From the NCBI GenBank assembly GCA_049472335.1, contig JBLIRO010000010.1, forward strand, positions 15,527 through 79,526: 64,000 nucleotides of DNA, read 5' to 3'. The DNA comes from a bacterium (GTDB lineage Bacteria; SZUA-182; DTGQ01; JAFGSM01). Below, in pieces: positions 50,304 to 61,997 of the stretch. Position 1 is the stretch's first letter; the number at the start of each line of letters is the position of its first letter. A program made the translations under genes and the position numbers. Below the pieces are notes generated by a model. The model worked only from the letters and a program-made list of their open reading frames with translations, made no database searches and was not told where the DNA came from.

Positions 50304-53300
50304 ATGTCTAAGATGAAAACAGGATGGCTGCCGAAAATCTTGAGTTTTTGTTTTATTATTTTCTTTATCTTTGCCCTGGGAATTGGTTACTCAGGGATAA
50401 AAGAGGCACTCACTGCCACAGGGCTTAATCTGGCCCTGGAAGGAACCTGTGTTTTTCCGCAATCAGTAGATCAGGAAGTGCCGGACATTGAAAACAACAA
50501 TGTCGTCTGGATGCAGCAGGGAAACGATTATTATTACAAGATATTTCATAGTGATCTTGCTACCGGAGCTGTCAAGCAGCTTGGTGAGAGTACTGCTGCG
50601 GAGAAATACCCTGCGATTTCTGGAAATAGGGTTATCTGGATGGATTATCGAAGCATTATGAATGATTCCTCTGTCAAGAACAAGTATGCATATATTTTTA
50701 AATACTATGACATGTACGGATACGATCTGAAAAAGAAGAAGGAATTTCCTATTTGTACGAACCCGGAATGGCAGGGATATGGTGATATTCATAAGGATAA
50801 GGTTGTTTACGCGGATTTGAGGACAGGAAGTCCTGATATCATTCTCTATGACATGAAAACAAAAAGAGAATACGGGATATGTATGCATCCCGCCTGGCAG
50901 GGAAATCCCGTCATCTCCGATCGGTATATAATCTGGATGGACCAGCGTGATGGTGATTATGATATTTATGCCTATGATTTAAGCTCCGGACAGGAATTTC
51001 CTGTTTGTACTGCTAAAGATAACCAAGCCTATCCTATTATCAATGGCACAAAGGTTGTTTGGCAGGACAAGAGAAACGGAAATGATGATATCTATATGTA
51101 TGACCTGGATCTCCGCCAGGAAATCCCCATCTGCACTAAGAAAGGTAAACAGCAGGTCCCGGACATCTCCGGAAATATCATTATCTGGCAGGATGACAGA
51201 AACGGGAACTGGGACATATACGGTTACAACCTCATTACGGAACAGGAATTTCAGATTACAGATCACAGTGCTGACCAGACCTTTCCCGCGATTTATGAAA
51301 GCAAGATAGTCTGGGTTGATTCAAGGAGTGGTAATAAAAACATATATACTGCGACATTGCCTGAAAATATAATCAATGAACCAAAGACTATGAGCAGAAA
51401 ACGGGAAACCCTTGATTCAACCGTTCAGACAACGGATCAGGTTGCCTGGGATCAGGTTACCAATCAGATTACAGAAAAGGTAAATGAATTATATGCAGAA
51501 TTATACTGTCCCTTGGCCACGGATGCGGACATTCAGCTTTTATGCAAGCCCTGTCCGTATGCCATTGATGTGGCAAACGAGATAGTAAGATATTGTTGTC
51601 CGTTAGCTTCATCCGATGTGGCCGGCTCAACCCTCATATGCAGGCCCTGCCCATATCCCGTGAATGTCGATGGCAAGATAATTCTGCGATGCTGTCCGTT
51701 GCCCCAGGAAACTGTATCAGGTGGATCCCTGTGGTGTTATCCCTGTCCGCTGGCCCAGGAGGTGGATGCCCCCATAAGGCAGTGGTGTTGTCCTCTGGCA
51801 GATGCGGAGATCGGAATAGCAGGTCAGGAGCAGAGGCTGCTTTGGTGCCGTCCTTGTCCGGTTGCCAAGGAGCTGGAAAACAGCCAGATTCTCTGGTGTT
51901 GTCCGCTGGCGGATTCAATGGTAAACAGTGACAGATTATGGTGCTGGCCGTGTCCGTACGCTATCGAGAAGGATGATAAGACCCTGACCATGTACTGCTG
52001 TCCTGTGGCTCAGACCGGTGATGTTATGTGGTGCCGTCCCTGTCCCTATCCGTTAAACGATGAAGAACTTACCCCATATTGTTGTCCGATAGCAAAAGGC
52101 ACAGGGCAAGAATTCTGGTGCACGCCATGTCCATGTGTTACGGGCACTGATGATTATTTGTCCCTGTTCTGCTGTCCTGTTGCATTGTCTAATGTGGATC
52201 AGAACCTTATGTGGTGCCGTCCCTGCCCATATGCGATTAATGTGGACAGTAAGGTGATTAGATTCTGTTGCCCGGTGGCAGAAACCACGGTAGCGAATGT
52301 GGCCTTATGGTGCCGGCCATGTCCCTATGCGATCCAGATGGAGGATGGGACCATCAGGCGTTGCTGTCCGGTAGCGCCAATCAAGATATGCGAGAAGGTC
52401 CTATTGTGCCAGCCCTGTCCCATTGCGTGTGATAGCCCACAATGCGTCTGCTGCCCCGCAGCTTTATCTAATATCGATTCCCAGGTACAGCAATTGTGTT
52501 GTCCGGTGGCCACAGCCACAAGCGCAGAAAGTATAATGTGGTGCCAGCCATGTCCCTATGCCGCAGAAATGGCTGGTGGTGTGATAAAGTATTGCTGTCC
52601 TCTGGCTTCGGCTGATGTAGCAGGCACTCCTATGGTTTGCAAACCATGTCCGTATGCGGTGAATGTGGATGGCAAGATTGTTTTACGCTGTTGTCCTCTG
52701 GCTGAGACCGTTACGGCAGGTGAACTATTAAAATGCTATCCATGTCCGCTTGCCAGTGAGGTGGATTCTACGGTGAGATTATGGTGTTGTCCTCTGGCAG
52801 ATGCAGAGATCGGAGTATCTGATCAGGACCAGAAGCTGCTTTGGTGCCGTCCCTGTCCCATTGCAAAGGAGATGGAAGGCGGTGCCATTTTCTGGTGCTG
52901 TCCTCTGGCAGATACGCCTGTCAATGATAACAGGTTATGGTGCAAGCCCTGTCCTTATGTGGTTCAAACAGATAATGGCCTCAGATTGTGGTGCTGTCCC
53001 ATAGCCCAGAGTACCGTTGCAGGCGGTCCCCTCTGGTGTAAGCCCTGTCCATGGCCTAATCTTGTCGATAATCAGTTGACCCCTTACTGCTGTCCGATTG
53101 CTTTAGGCACGGGTCAGGAACTCTGGTGCAAGCCCTGTCCTTATGCAAAGGATACGGACCCTTATCTCAAACGTATCTGCTGCCCCGTTGCCCTGACCAA
53201 CGTGGATAATAGCCTCATGTGGTGCCGTCCCTGCCCCTATGCTGTTACCCTGGATAGTAAAGAGATTATTCGATTCTGCTGTCCGGTGCCGCAGACCACC

Positions 53301-56300
53301 ATAGCGGATGTGACTTTATGGTGCAAGCCTTGTCCCTATGCCATCTATATGGAGGACGGGACCCTCGTCAGGCGTTGCTGTCCTGTGGCGCCGGTAACAG
53401 TGGCGGGCGTAACCCTTTGGTGCCAGCCATGCCCGGTAGCCTGTCCCATTGCAACGAGTTCGGACCCGGTGCAGAGATGTTACCCATGCAGGTTTTATGA
53501 TGACATGGAGAGAAATACCTGGGCATTCTCGAAGGAACAGGCACCAGGTTCGGAAGAATACATAGATGCAAATATCGGCTATTCACCTGAGAAATATAAG
53601 TCTCCTGTACGCTCCATCAAGGCGCATCTTAGAAAAAGAGGGGAAAATTCTGACGTGGATGATTATGCAAAGGTGACGGCTACCCGGGAATTTCCATTGT
53701 ACGGATGCGAGGATCTGAACCTAAAGCTCAATTACCTCATACTGAAACGATTGAACAATAAGAGCTCCGCTTTCAGGGTATATATGGGAGTAACAGCCTT
53801 TGACTCTGACGGAAACCTCATGGGCGGACATGCCTATAATTTGTACCGGTATCCCTTTTCCGAAATAATCCCGGATTCCACTGATGTGGAGACCATTCCG
53901 GATGATTGGAATTTATTATACCGGAACCTATCCAAGGACATTCCCATTGAATGGTGTAAGGTGAGGACCTTGCGGGTAGAGTTGACTGCCATGTGGAAAT
54001 TAAATATTTCATCCGGAGATTTTCTGGATGTGTTCTGGGATGATCTTTCAATCTGGGGAAGAGACTGTGAACCTATCAACTGGTGCTGTCCGGTGGCTTG
54101 TCCCGTTTCATATGAATCGGCTCCTGTCCAGTGGTGCCGGCCATGCAGGCATTACGATAATATGGAGGGAAATACCTGGACATTTCATGAAAAACATGTC
54201 GGGCTTGTTACCTTTGGCATTGATTATTCAAAGCTGGAGAAGGTTTCTCCGGAACGTTCAATCCGGGCTTATTTAGCAAGCTGGCTGGAGGCTTCTCAGA
54301 GCTCTGATCAAGCGTTGGTCGATGAGTCTGGGGCTCAAAGTTCGGTACAAGGTGTGATTGAGGAACAGAGTACAGTTGATGGTTATGCCGCACTTATTGC
54401 CACACGTAAATTCCATCTGTATCGATGTGAGGATATAAATCTCAAGCTCCATTACCTCATTCATTCCAGGATGACATACAGGAGTGCCTACCGAAGGGTA
54501 TATGTAAAGGTGGTTGCCTATGATGCCAGTGGGAATCCCATGGGGAGGCATGTCTATATATTGTTCCAGAATCCTCCTGAAGAGCTTCTTCCGGGCACCA
54601 CTTACATTGGCTTCACCCCCGACAAATGGAATATACTCCAGCGAAACCTCTCCAATGACCTCCCCATTGAGTGGTGCAGGGTAAGGTCCCTTGAAATATT
54701 CCTGGAATCAGCTGGTAGATTTCCTCCCGGACGTGACGATGTCCTGGATGTATTCTGGGATGACCTGTTAATCTGGGGTAGAAATTGCGATATGATAAAT
54801 TGGTGTTATCCTTGTCCGGTTTCCAGCGCATATCCTCAATATATCTGCTGCCCCGTAGCTTCGGGTAATATTGATTATAATATACAACGATGGTGCTGTC
54901 CCCTGGCTACGGATGTGGAAAATAGATTTTTGTGTAAGCCATGCCCATATGCAGTCAATATGCAGGATGACACTGTCAAGTATTGTTGTCCCGTATCTTC
55001 CGCACCTGTGGCAGGCACTTCCATGATTTGCAAACCCTGTCCTTACGCGGAAAACGTGGACGGAAAGATTGTCCTCCGCTGTTGCCCATGGGCCGGTACC
55101 ACTGCTGCCGGTGAAGCCCTGAGGTGTTATCCCTGTCCGCTCGCGCAGAATGTGGATGCCTCCATAATGCAATGGTGCTGTCCAGTGGCTGAGACAGAAA
55201 TACAGGGACAAAAACTATGGTGTCGTCCCTGTCCTATCGCGAATGAGCTGGACAATGGGGTCATCCGGTGGTGCTGCCCGCTTGCTGACATACCTGTAAG
55301 CTCTGATCTGCTCTGGTGCAGCCCCTGTCCATATGCCATTGAAGTGGACAATACTCTAAGATTATATTGCTGCCCGTGGGCCCAGGCCACTGCCGGCAAC
55401 GATCTTTTATATTGCTGCCCGGTTGCCCAGCCGGGTTCACCGGGTACTGATCAGTGGTGTTATCCCTGCCCTTATCCTGCGAATATGGACAGCGCGTTAA
55501 CCCCCTATTGTTGTCCTGTAGCAACGGATACGGGTGTGGATCTGAAATGCGTACCGTGCCCCTATGCAGCCGACACAGACGATAATCTCGCGCGAATCTG
55601 CTGCCCAGTTGCCTTGACGAATGTGGATGAGAGTATAATGTGGTGCCGTCCCTGTCCCTATGCCATTAATATAGATGACAACAAGGTTATTCGATTCTGC
55701 TGCCCGGTTCCTCTGACTACAGCGGCGGATATGACTTTGTGGTGCCAGCCATGCCCCTATGCTATCTATATGGAAGACGGGACCCTCATCAGGCGCTGCT
55801 GCCCTGTATCGCCAATAACCGTAGCCGGAGTGACTCTCTGGTGTCAGCCCTGTCCGACAGCGGGAAGCAGTCCTTACAATGTGTGTTGCCCCGTACCGGT
55901 CGAACCGCTGCCAAGTAACTGTTTTATAGGTAAGATATTGGAGATAGGTAATTACATAAAGATTGTGGATGAGGACGGAAATCTCCATGAATTCCCAAAT
56001 CTTCAAAACCTGCCTGGGAGCCCTGATCTTTCCGTTGGCGATCAGGTAAAGGTTTGTATCGAGAGGGACGAAAACGGAGAGATCATTTCCTACATAATAG
56101 AGAAATATGATCCTGATGCCGTGGTAATACCACCGGCACAGTTATGCTGTCCTTACTCGACAACATATCCGTCCCTTTACTGCCGGCCTTGCCCCATTTC
56201 ATCAACGACACCCTATCAGAGATGCTGTCCATATCCATCTTCCTATCCGACACGTTACTGCGGTCCTTGTCCCATTTCCAATACATCCCCGTATCAGATA

Positions 56301-59300
56301 TGCAAGCCTTGTCCATATGCTATTAATATGCCGGATGGGATAGTCAGATATTGCTGTCCGCTGGCGGACACCCCGGACATTCGCTTCTGGTGTCAACCTT
56401 GTCCTCTGGCCCAGGTTGACGATGTGACCGGAGAGATCAATCTGATTTGTTGCCCTGTACCCTCACAACCGGTGGGGACGGATTACATGTGGTGTTATCC
56501 CTGTCCGATGCCCTCTGTTGATGAGCAGGTACAGATGTGGTGCTGTCCCATTTCTAATACCACTGTAGAAGGAAAGCTGTTGTGGTGCAGGCCGTGTCCT
56601 CTGGCTGTAGACCTGCCCGATAATATCAGACGGTGGTGTTGTCCCTGGGCGGCACAGGAAGTAGCAGGCGAGTCATTATGGTGCTACCCCTGTCCATATG
56701 CATGGGAGGTAGGTGATACACTTATCCCGTATTGCTGTCCGATTGCGGAGATTCCGGTTAATGATGACAAGGGCCTGTGGTGCTGGCCATGTCCTGTGGC
56801 TAATACACAAGACGGTGTAAACATTTACTGTTGTCCAGTCCCGACAGGGGATATCCTGAAATTCTGGTGCCAGCCTTGTCCCCTTGCTGCGGATTTGAGC
56901 GATCCGTTACTCCGGCGGTGGTGCTGTCCCATTCCAACTGCGGAAATAGGAGAGAGTGTTCTGTGGTGTATGCCCTGCCCGTATGCAGTAAACCTGGATG
57001 ATAAGATTATTCGTTTCTGTTGTCCTGTGGCTGATGTTACGGCAGCGGATTCGGCGTTGCTGTGTAAACCCTGTCCCTTTGCAATAGAAATGCGTGACGG
57101 GACAAGAAAGGTTTGTTGCCCGGTTGCACCTATAGAGATCGATGGGAAGGTTCTGTTATGCCAGCCTTGTCCGATTTCTTCTACATCCCCGTATCAGATA
57201 TGTGAGCCCTGTCCATATGCCATTAATACTGGAGATCAGATCAGGCCCTGCTGCCCGCTGGCGGACACCCCTGGCATTCGCTTCTGGTGTCAACCTTGTC
57301 CTCTGGCCCAGGTTGACGATGTGACCGGAGAGATCAATCTGGTTTGTTGCCCTGTACCCTCGCAACCGGTGGGGGCGGATTATATGTGGTGTTATCCGTG
57401 TCCGATACCCGATGTGGATCAGCAGGTGCAGATGTGGTGTTGTCCAATTCCTCACACCACTGTACAAGGAAAGCTGTTGTGGTGCAGGCCGTGTCCTCTG
57501 GCTGTGGACCTGCCCGATAATATCAGACGGTGGTGTTGTCCCTGGGCAGCGCAGGAAGTGGCAGGCGAGGCATTATGGTGTTATCCTTGTCCATATGCTT
57601 GGGAGGTGGATGACAAACTCATTCCATATTGCTGCCCGATCGCCGAGATCCCTGTCAATGATGTTAAGGGACTGTGGTGTTGGCCTTGTCCTGTGGCAGA
57701 CATGCCGGACGGGTTGAACATTTACTGTTGCCCCATTGCCACTGGAGGCATACCGGAATTCTGGTGCAGGCCTTGTCCGCTTGCAGCGGCCATAAAAGAT
57801 GATCTCCTCCGGCGATGGTGCTGTCCCATTCCAACAGCGGAGATAGGCACTAATGTTTTGTGGTGTCATCCCTGCCCGTATGCCGCCGAGGTTGACGGTG
57901 CTATTATCAGATACTGTTGCCCTGTTGCGGAAGCCGAGGTGGCGGATACCTCATTGTTATGTAAGCCCTGTCCATATGCTGTTGAAATGCCGGACAGCAT
58001 AAGAAAGCCATGTTGTCCCTTATCACCGGTTGAGGTCAATGGCGAGAAACTCTGGTGCCTGCCTTGTCCTCTTGCACAAAGCAGCCCGCTGAATGTATGT
58101 TGTCCGGTACCTGTTGAGCCTTTACCTAAGAATTGCTTCGTTGCAAAGGTCCTGTCTGTTAAAACGGAAGTCTCTTTTGTGACTATTTTCTTCGAAGCCT
58201 GGCCAAGCAGAAATTCTCCCGGTTTCTTCGAGGCATGGCCCGGCAATTCAGAAGATATTAGTTCGATCAGCGTGTCATTATCCGATGCCAATGTACCGGT
58301 AACCGCCATTAAGGGTATTCAGGCAGGAATGGTCATCAAGGTATGTACGGAAAAGGATGAAGATGGTGAGATCATCAACATGTCTGTAGAGGAATACGAT
58401 CCACAGTCAGCAGTCATACCACCCGCACAGTTATGCTGTCCTTACTCAACCGCGAATCCGGCCTTTTACTGCAGACCTTGTCCGCTTTCCATTGTAAAGC
58501 CTTATCCCATATGTAAGCCTTGTCCATATGCCATACAGATGGGGTCCCAGATCAAGTATTGCTGTCCGATAGCGGATATTCCGGATATCTATAAATGGTG
58601 TCAGCCTTGTCCTCTGGCTGAAGTCGATGAGACTGGGGCTGTCAATTTCCGTTGTTGCCCCATATCCACAGCTTCGGTAAGTGCGGACATCCTATGGTGT
58701 CGTCCCTGTCCGATGGCCACTGGTGTTGATCTGAATGTATCCATGTGGTGTTGTCCGATACCTGACGCCACAATAGATGGGATAGCCGGAAAGCTGCTCT
58801 GGTGCAGGCCATGCCCTCTGGCTGTAGACTTGCCTGATACAAATCTCAGACGGTGGTGCTGTCCTCTTGCAGTTCAGGATGTGGCAGGTGACGCCCTTTG
58901 GTGTTGGCCCTGTCCATACGTTATGGAAGAGGAAGTTGATGATAGACTATTACTAACCCGTTGGTGCTGCCCGCTTGCAAACATCCCCAATGATCCGCTA
59001 ATGACCAAGTGGTGCTGGCCTTGTCCATATGCTGAAACACAGGACGGGGTAAATATTTACTGTTGTCCGATTGCCACGGGAGACATTCCGGAATTCTGGT
59101 GCCGGCCCTGTCCTCTTGCAGCAAACATGGAAGATGAGTTCCTTAAGCGGTGGTGCTGTCCTATACCGTCGGCGGAGATCGGTGCAAACGTTTTATGGTG
59201 TATGCCTTGCCCATACGCGAAAGAAGTTGAAGGAGGGATTATCCGTTACTGCTGTCCGATAGCACAAATGCCCGAGAGCAATCTCACGTTGTGGTGTCAG

Positions 59301-61106
59301 CCCTGCCCATTAGCAACTGCTCAACCTTCGCAGGTTTGCTGTCCGATTCCGACCACTACAGCAGCTGGTTATCGTTTATGGTGCTGTCCGGTGGCCGATA
59401 CTTCGCCGGTGGTCTGGTGCAGGCCTTATGATGATTCATTCTTCGATATAACCTATGACATTACAATCAATTATCCGTATTATTTTGTGCCTAACCTTTG
59501 CTATCTGGATGCGGACAGCGACGGATACGGAGACCCTGACCACAGTGTCCTGGCCCAGGTCGATGGTACTTGTCCTGAGGGATATGTAGATGACAACACG
59601 GATTGTGATGATGAGAATCCGGCCGTCAATCCGGGTGCGCAAGAAGTATGCAACGGATTGGATGATGACTGTGACGGTGAGACGGATGAAGGTCTGGGAA
59701 CAACCACCTGTGGTCTGGGTGTTTGTGAGCATACCATAGACAACTGTGTAAATGGAGTTATACAGACCTGCGATCCTCTGGAAGGCGCAGACGACGAGAT
59801 ATGTGACGGGTTAGACAATGACTGTGACGGCGCAGTGGATGAAGATGAGCTTGGCAATCAGCTTACCCAGACCTGCTACACAGGACCTGCAGGCACGCTA
59901 GACATAGGGGTTTGTAAAGCAGGAGAACAGACCTGCACAGACGGAATGTGGAGTGATGAATGTGTTGGTGAAGTTACTCCAAGCGACGAGATATGTGACG
60001 GGTTGGACAATGACTGTGACGGTGCAGTGGATGAAGATCTGGTGCGAGAATGCTCAACGGTCTGCGGGACGGGAATAGAGACATGCGTAAATGGTCAGTG
60101 GGTTAACTGTACGGCTCCGGTTCCTCCGTGTGAAGAGGTATGTATATTCACAGCAGAGGTCGTAGCTACAGGTCAGATCATAACCGGTAATGAGAATAAT
60201 GTAAGCAAGGTCATTGTCGGTATAGACTACTATGCCAGTAAAGTGGAGAGTCCTCCTTCTCCTCCGCCGGATTCAACCGTTGTTTTAAATATCAGGGACG
60301 GAGATGAAAATTTTAAGGAAGACATCAGGGAGCAAGACCCCAATAAACTCAAACAGGAATGGGAGTTGAGGGTTACAGTGGCAAATTCTAAATTTGATGG
60401 CGCCGCTGATCCAAACAAGCCGGGCTTTTTCCCGGTACTGAGCTGGGATCCAAATACTTTTTGCCCTCCTGATCCTAATATTGGCTATTTCAGACTATAT
60501 TCAGAAGATGAGCAAGGCATAAGGAACCTGCTTGTTTCAGACATGACTAAGAACAGCCAGTATCAGACAAAGGAAGAAGACGGGCAATGCGCTCTGGATA
60601 TCCTCTGTACATTTACTTATTATATAGTCTGGTCCATGGACATAGAATTCGAGATGATCCTGCCGGCGGGCTGGAGAATGATATCGCTTCCTGTGGCACC
60701 TCTTGACGCGAGGCTATCAACATTATTTCCAGATGCAGCGGTCATGTACAGATTTGAGAGGGGAGCCGGATATGTGCGTGTGCAATTAAGCGAAGAAGTG
60801 CAGATTGGCACTGGATACTGGATACTTTTTTATGAGGAGCAGAATTATATGCTCACCGGCCAGCCTATCCCATCCTATAGCAAAACGGTATATAGCTCCG
60901 GATGGGAGATGATCGGAGGGTGTACATCAGAGGCCAGACCCTCGGCAGACAGTTGCCAGATAGGAGTTGTTTACAGATTTGAAATGGGAGCCGGATATGT
61001 TCGGGTCCTTTCTACTGAGATGATGGAGCCTGGCGAAGGCTTCTGGATATTGTTCAAGGAAGTTACAGATCAATGTCAACTCACGGTAGCGGTTATGGAA
61101 CCTTAA
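50304..61106 (+). CDS. Giant (3600 aa) secreted cysteine-rich surface protein
   Basis: Signal or TM segment; TolB-like/TIGR04275-type propeller repeats (PxIxGxxxVWxDxRNGNxDIYxYDL); ~130 CxPCP/CCP motifs; two pairs of inserted domains; MopE-type (PF11617-like) repeats; C-terminal GWxMIS...GxGYW repeats. Confidence 0.92.
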   Translation: MSKMKTGWLPKILSFCFIIFFIFALGIGYSGIKEALTATGLNLALEGTCVFPQSVDQEVPDIENNNVVWMQQGNDYYYKIFHSDLATGAVKQLGESTAAEKYPAISGNRVIWMDYRSIMNDSSVKNKYAYIFKYYDMYGYDLKKKKEFPICTNPEWQGYGDIHKDKVVYADLRTGSPDIILYDMKTKREYGICMHPAWQGNPVISDRYIIWMDQRDGDYDIYAYDLSSGQEFPVCTAKDNQAYPIINGTKVVWQDKRNGNDDIYMYDLDLRQEIPICTKKGKQQVPDISGNIIIWQDDRNGNWDIYGYNLITEQEFQITDHSADQTFPAIYESKIVWVDSRSGNKNIYTATLPENIINEPKTMSRKRETLDSTVQTTDQVAWDQVTNQITEKVNELYAELYCPLATDADIQLLCKPCPYAIDVANEIVRYCCPLASSDVAGSTLICRPCPYPVNVDGKIILRCCPLPQETVSGGSLWCYPCPLAQEVDAPIRQWCCPLADAEIGIAGQEQRLLWCRPCPVAKELENSQILWCCPLADSMVNSDRLWCWPCPYAIEKDDKTLTMYCCPVAQTGDVMWCRPCPYPLNDEELTPYCCPIAKGTGQEFWCTPCPCVTGTDDYLSLFCCPVALSNVDQNLMWCRPCPYAINVDSKVIRFCCPVAETTVANVALWCRPCPYAIQMEDGTIRRCCPVAPIKICEKVLLCQPCPIACDSPQCVCCPAALSNIDSQVQQLCCPVATATSAESIMWCQPCPYAAEMAGGVIKYCCPLASADVAGTPMVCKPCPYAVNVDGKIVLRCCPLAETVTAGELLKCYPCPLASEVDSTVRLWCCPLADAEIGVSDQDQKLLWCRPCPIAKEMEGGAIFWCCPLADTPVNDNRLWCKPCPYVVQTDNGLRLWCCPIAQSTVAGGPLWCKPCPWPNLVDNQLTPYCCPIALGTGQELWCKPCPYAKDTDPYLKRICCPVALTNVDNSLMWCRPCPYAVTLDSKEIIRFCCPVPQTTIADVTLWCKPCPYAIYMEDGTLVRRCCPVAPVTVAGVTLWCQPCPVACPIATSSDPVQRCYPCRFYDDMERNTWAFSKEQAPGSEEYIDANIGYSPEKYKSPVRSIKAHLRKRGENSDVDDYAKVTATREFPLYGCEDLNLKLNYLILKRLNNKSSAFRVYMGVTAFDSDGNLMGGHAYNLYRYPFSEIIPDSTDVETIPDDWNLLYRNLSKDIPIEWCKVRTLRVELTAMWKLNISSGDFLDVFWDDLSIWGRDCEPINWCCPVACPVSYESAPVQWCRPCRHYDNMEGNTWTFHEKHVGLVTFGIDYSKLEKVSPERSIRAYLASWLEASQSSDQALVDESGAQSSVQGVIEEQSTVDGYAALIATRKFHLYRCEDINLKLHYLIHSRMTYRSAYRRVYVKVVAYDASGNPMGRHVYILFQNPPEELLPGTTYIGFTPDKWNILQRNLSNDLPIEWCRVRSLEIFLESAGRFPPGRDDVLDVFWDDLLIWGRNCDMINWCYPCPVSSAYPQYICCPVASGNIDYNIQRWCCPLATDVENRFLCKPCPYAVNMQDDTVKYCCPVSSAPVAGTSMICKPCPYAENVDGKIVLRCCPWAGTTAAGEALRCYPCPLAQNVDASIMQWCCPVAETEIQGQKLWCRPCPIANELDNGVIRWCCPLADIPVSSDLLWCSPCPYAIEVDNTLRLYCCPWAQATAGNDLLYCCPVAQPGSPGTDQWCYPCPYPANMDSALTPYCCPVATDTGVDLKCVPCPYAADTDDNLARICCPVALTNVDESIMWCRPCPYAINIDDNKVIRFCCPVPLTTAADMTLWCQPCPYAIYMEDGTLIRRCCPVSPITVAGVTLWCQPCPTAGSSPYNVCCPVPVEPLPSNCFIGKILEIGNYIKIVDEDGNLHEFPNLQNLPGSPDLSVGDQVKVCIERDENGEIISYIIEKYDPDAVVIPPAQLCCPYSTTYPSLYCRPCPISSTTPYQRCCPYPSSYPTRYCGPCPISNTSPYQICKPCPYAINMPDGIVRYCCPLADTPDIRFWCQPCPLAQVDDVTGEINLICCPVPSQPVGTDYMWCYPCPMPSVDEQVQMWCCPISNTTVEGKLLWCRPCPLAVDLPDNIRRWCCPWAAQEVAGESLWCYPCPYAWEVGDTLIPYCCPIAEIPVNDDKGLWCWPCPVANTQDGVNIYCCPVPTGDILKFWCQPCPLAADLSDPLLRRWCCPIPTAEIGESVLWCMPCPYAVNLDDKIIRFCCPVADVTAADSALLCKPCPFAIEMRDGTRKVCCPVAPIEIDGKVLLCQPCPISSTSPYQICEPCPYAINTGDQIRPCCPLADTPGIRFWCQPCPLAQVDDVTGEINLVCCPVPSQPVGADYMWCYPCPIPDVDQQVQMWCCPIPHTTVQGKLLWCRPCPLAVDLPDNIRRWCCPWAAQEVAGEALWCYPCPYAWEVDDKLIPYCCPIAEIPVNDVKGLWCWPCPVADMPDGLNIYCCPIATGGIPEFWCRPCPLAAAIKDDLLRRWCCPIPTAEIGTNVLWCHPCPYAAEVDGAIIRYCCPVAEAEVADTSLLCKPCPYAVEMPDSIRKPCCPLSPVEVNGEKLWCLPCPLAQSSPLNVCCPVPVEPLPKNCFVAKVLSVKTEVSFVTIFFEAWPSRNSPGFFEAWPGNSEDISSISVSLSDANVPVTAIKGIQAGMVIKVCTEKDEDGEIINMSVEEYDPQSAVIPPAQLCCPYSTANPAFYCRPCPLSIVKPYPICKPCPYAIQMGSQIKYCCPIADIPDIYKWCQPCPLAEVDETGAVNFRCCPISTASVSADILWCRPCPMATGVDLNVSMWCCPIPDATIDGIAGKLLWCRPCPLAVDLPDTNLRRWCCPLAVQDVAGDALWCWPCPYVMEEEVDDRLLLTRWCCPLANIPNDPLMTKWCWPCPYAETQDGVNIYCCPIATGDIPEFWCRPCPLAANMEDEFLKRWCCPIPSAEIGANVLWCMPCPYAKEVEGGIIRYCCPIAQMPESNLTLWCQPCPLATAQPSQVCCPIPTTTAAGYRLWCCPVADTSPVVWCRPYDDSFFDITYDITINYPYYFVPNLCYLDADSDGYGDPDHSVLAQVDGTCPEGYVDDNTDCDDENPAVNPGAQEVCNGLDDDCDGETDEGLGTTTCGLGVCEHTIDNCVNGVIQTCDPLEGADDEICDGLDNDCDGAVDEDELGNQLTQTCYTGPAGTLDIGVCKAGEQTCTDGMWSDECVGEVTPSDEICDGLDNDCDGAVDEDLVRECSTVCGTGIETCVNGQWVNCTAPVPPCEEVCIFTAEVVATGQIITGNENNVSKVIVGIDYYASKVESPPSPPPDSTVVLNIRDGDENFKEDIREQDPNKLKQEWELRVTVANSKFDGAADPNKPGFFPVLSWDPNTFCPPDPNIGYFRLYSEDEQGIRNLLVSDMTKNSQYQTKEEDGQCALDILCTFTYYIVWSMDIEFEMILPAGWRMISLPVAPLDARLSTLFPDAAVMYRFERGAGYVRVQLSEEVQIGTGYWILFYEEQNYMLTGQPIPSYSKTVYSSGWEMIGGCTSEARPSADSCQIGVVYRFEMGAGYVRVLSTEMMEPGEGFWILFKEVTDQCQLTVAVMEP
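51507..59426 (+). repeat. Alternating CxPCP / CCP coding repeat array with ~300-aa higher-order repeats
   Basis: Read motif by motif; identical DNA stretches at 56381 and 57278 give an 897-bp period. Confidence 0.95.
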
Positions 61107-61120
61107 TGATGAAAATTATG

Positions 61121-61222
61121 GGGTCAGGTTGCGACATTTGACAATTTATTATTATAATAATATATAAACATATATAAACAAATTTTACCTTTAAGCTTTT
61201 TTCAAATGTCAAAGCCTGACCC
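61121..61222. mobile_element. MITE- or REP-like element with 21-bp imperfect terminal inverted repeats
   Basis: GGGTCAGGTTGCGACATTTGA ... TCAAATGTCAAAGCCTGACCC (18/21 match) around an AT-rich core; a related motif occurs at 9510-9530. Confidence 0.55.
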
Positions 61223-61335
61223 TGACAAGATATAACAATATCTGGTAAGGAGAGTAGAAATTAATGATATTTAAGGATACATAAAGGATTAATAAATTAA
61301 AGATAAAATATCCAAAAAAATATCTAGAAAAAAGG

Positions 61336-61364
61336 TTGACAGTATTTGTTTTCTAATTTATAAT
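61336..61364 (+). promoter_or_regulatory. Perfect consensus sigma70 promoter
   Basis: TTGACA-N17-TATAAT about 630 nt upstream of ATG 61998. Confidence 0.7.
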
Positions 61365-61997
61365 ATAATATTGGAACATAAGTATTTGTGTGAGTAATTA
61401 TTAATATCCTAGATTGCAATAATAATTCGTTTATTTATATTAACTTAACTATCTTTAGTGATAGATATTCAGCAAAGATATTAAGTAAACAGAGTTTTTA
61501 TAGAATAAAGGAGCAGAATTAATTACTACTAAATATACTTTTAAATCTTAACCTGCAGGCCCTGTAGGAAATATAGCTTAATATTTTATTTTTTATTTTT
61601 GCTATGTATTTAGAAAAGGGTTGCCAGCTTTTTTTCCATCTCTTGCTTAACCCTCAAAAAAGATTAATCCAGAGAGAATACTCGCTTAATTGAATAAATT
61701 GTATCAGAATACAATTTAAAGGCTTCATGTTCATTTCATGTTTAAAAGGGAGCCCTGAAACAAAGAAGCGCAATATGTGGAATCTGATTTTGGGATTGTT
61801 TTCGAGATAACATCGTTTTTCATTCGGTTTAATTTAGGGCTTTTGTTTTTTTGTAATGAGAATTAATTAAAAATCGTGATATGAGTGAATCTCTGACTAT
61901 TAAAATTGTATGATGATTTTTCAATTTGAGCGGTGATGATATATTGAAGGGTTTCATATTAAATTTTTGTTTGTTTCAGTTTTTGAAAGGAGGAGTT

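Noticed and set aside
51507..59426. CxPC motifs as thioredoxin active sites or heme sites
   Set aside because: Spacing is far too short for thioredoxin folds, and no His follows the motifs
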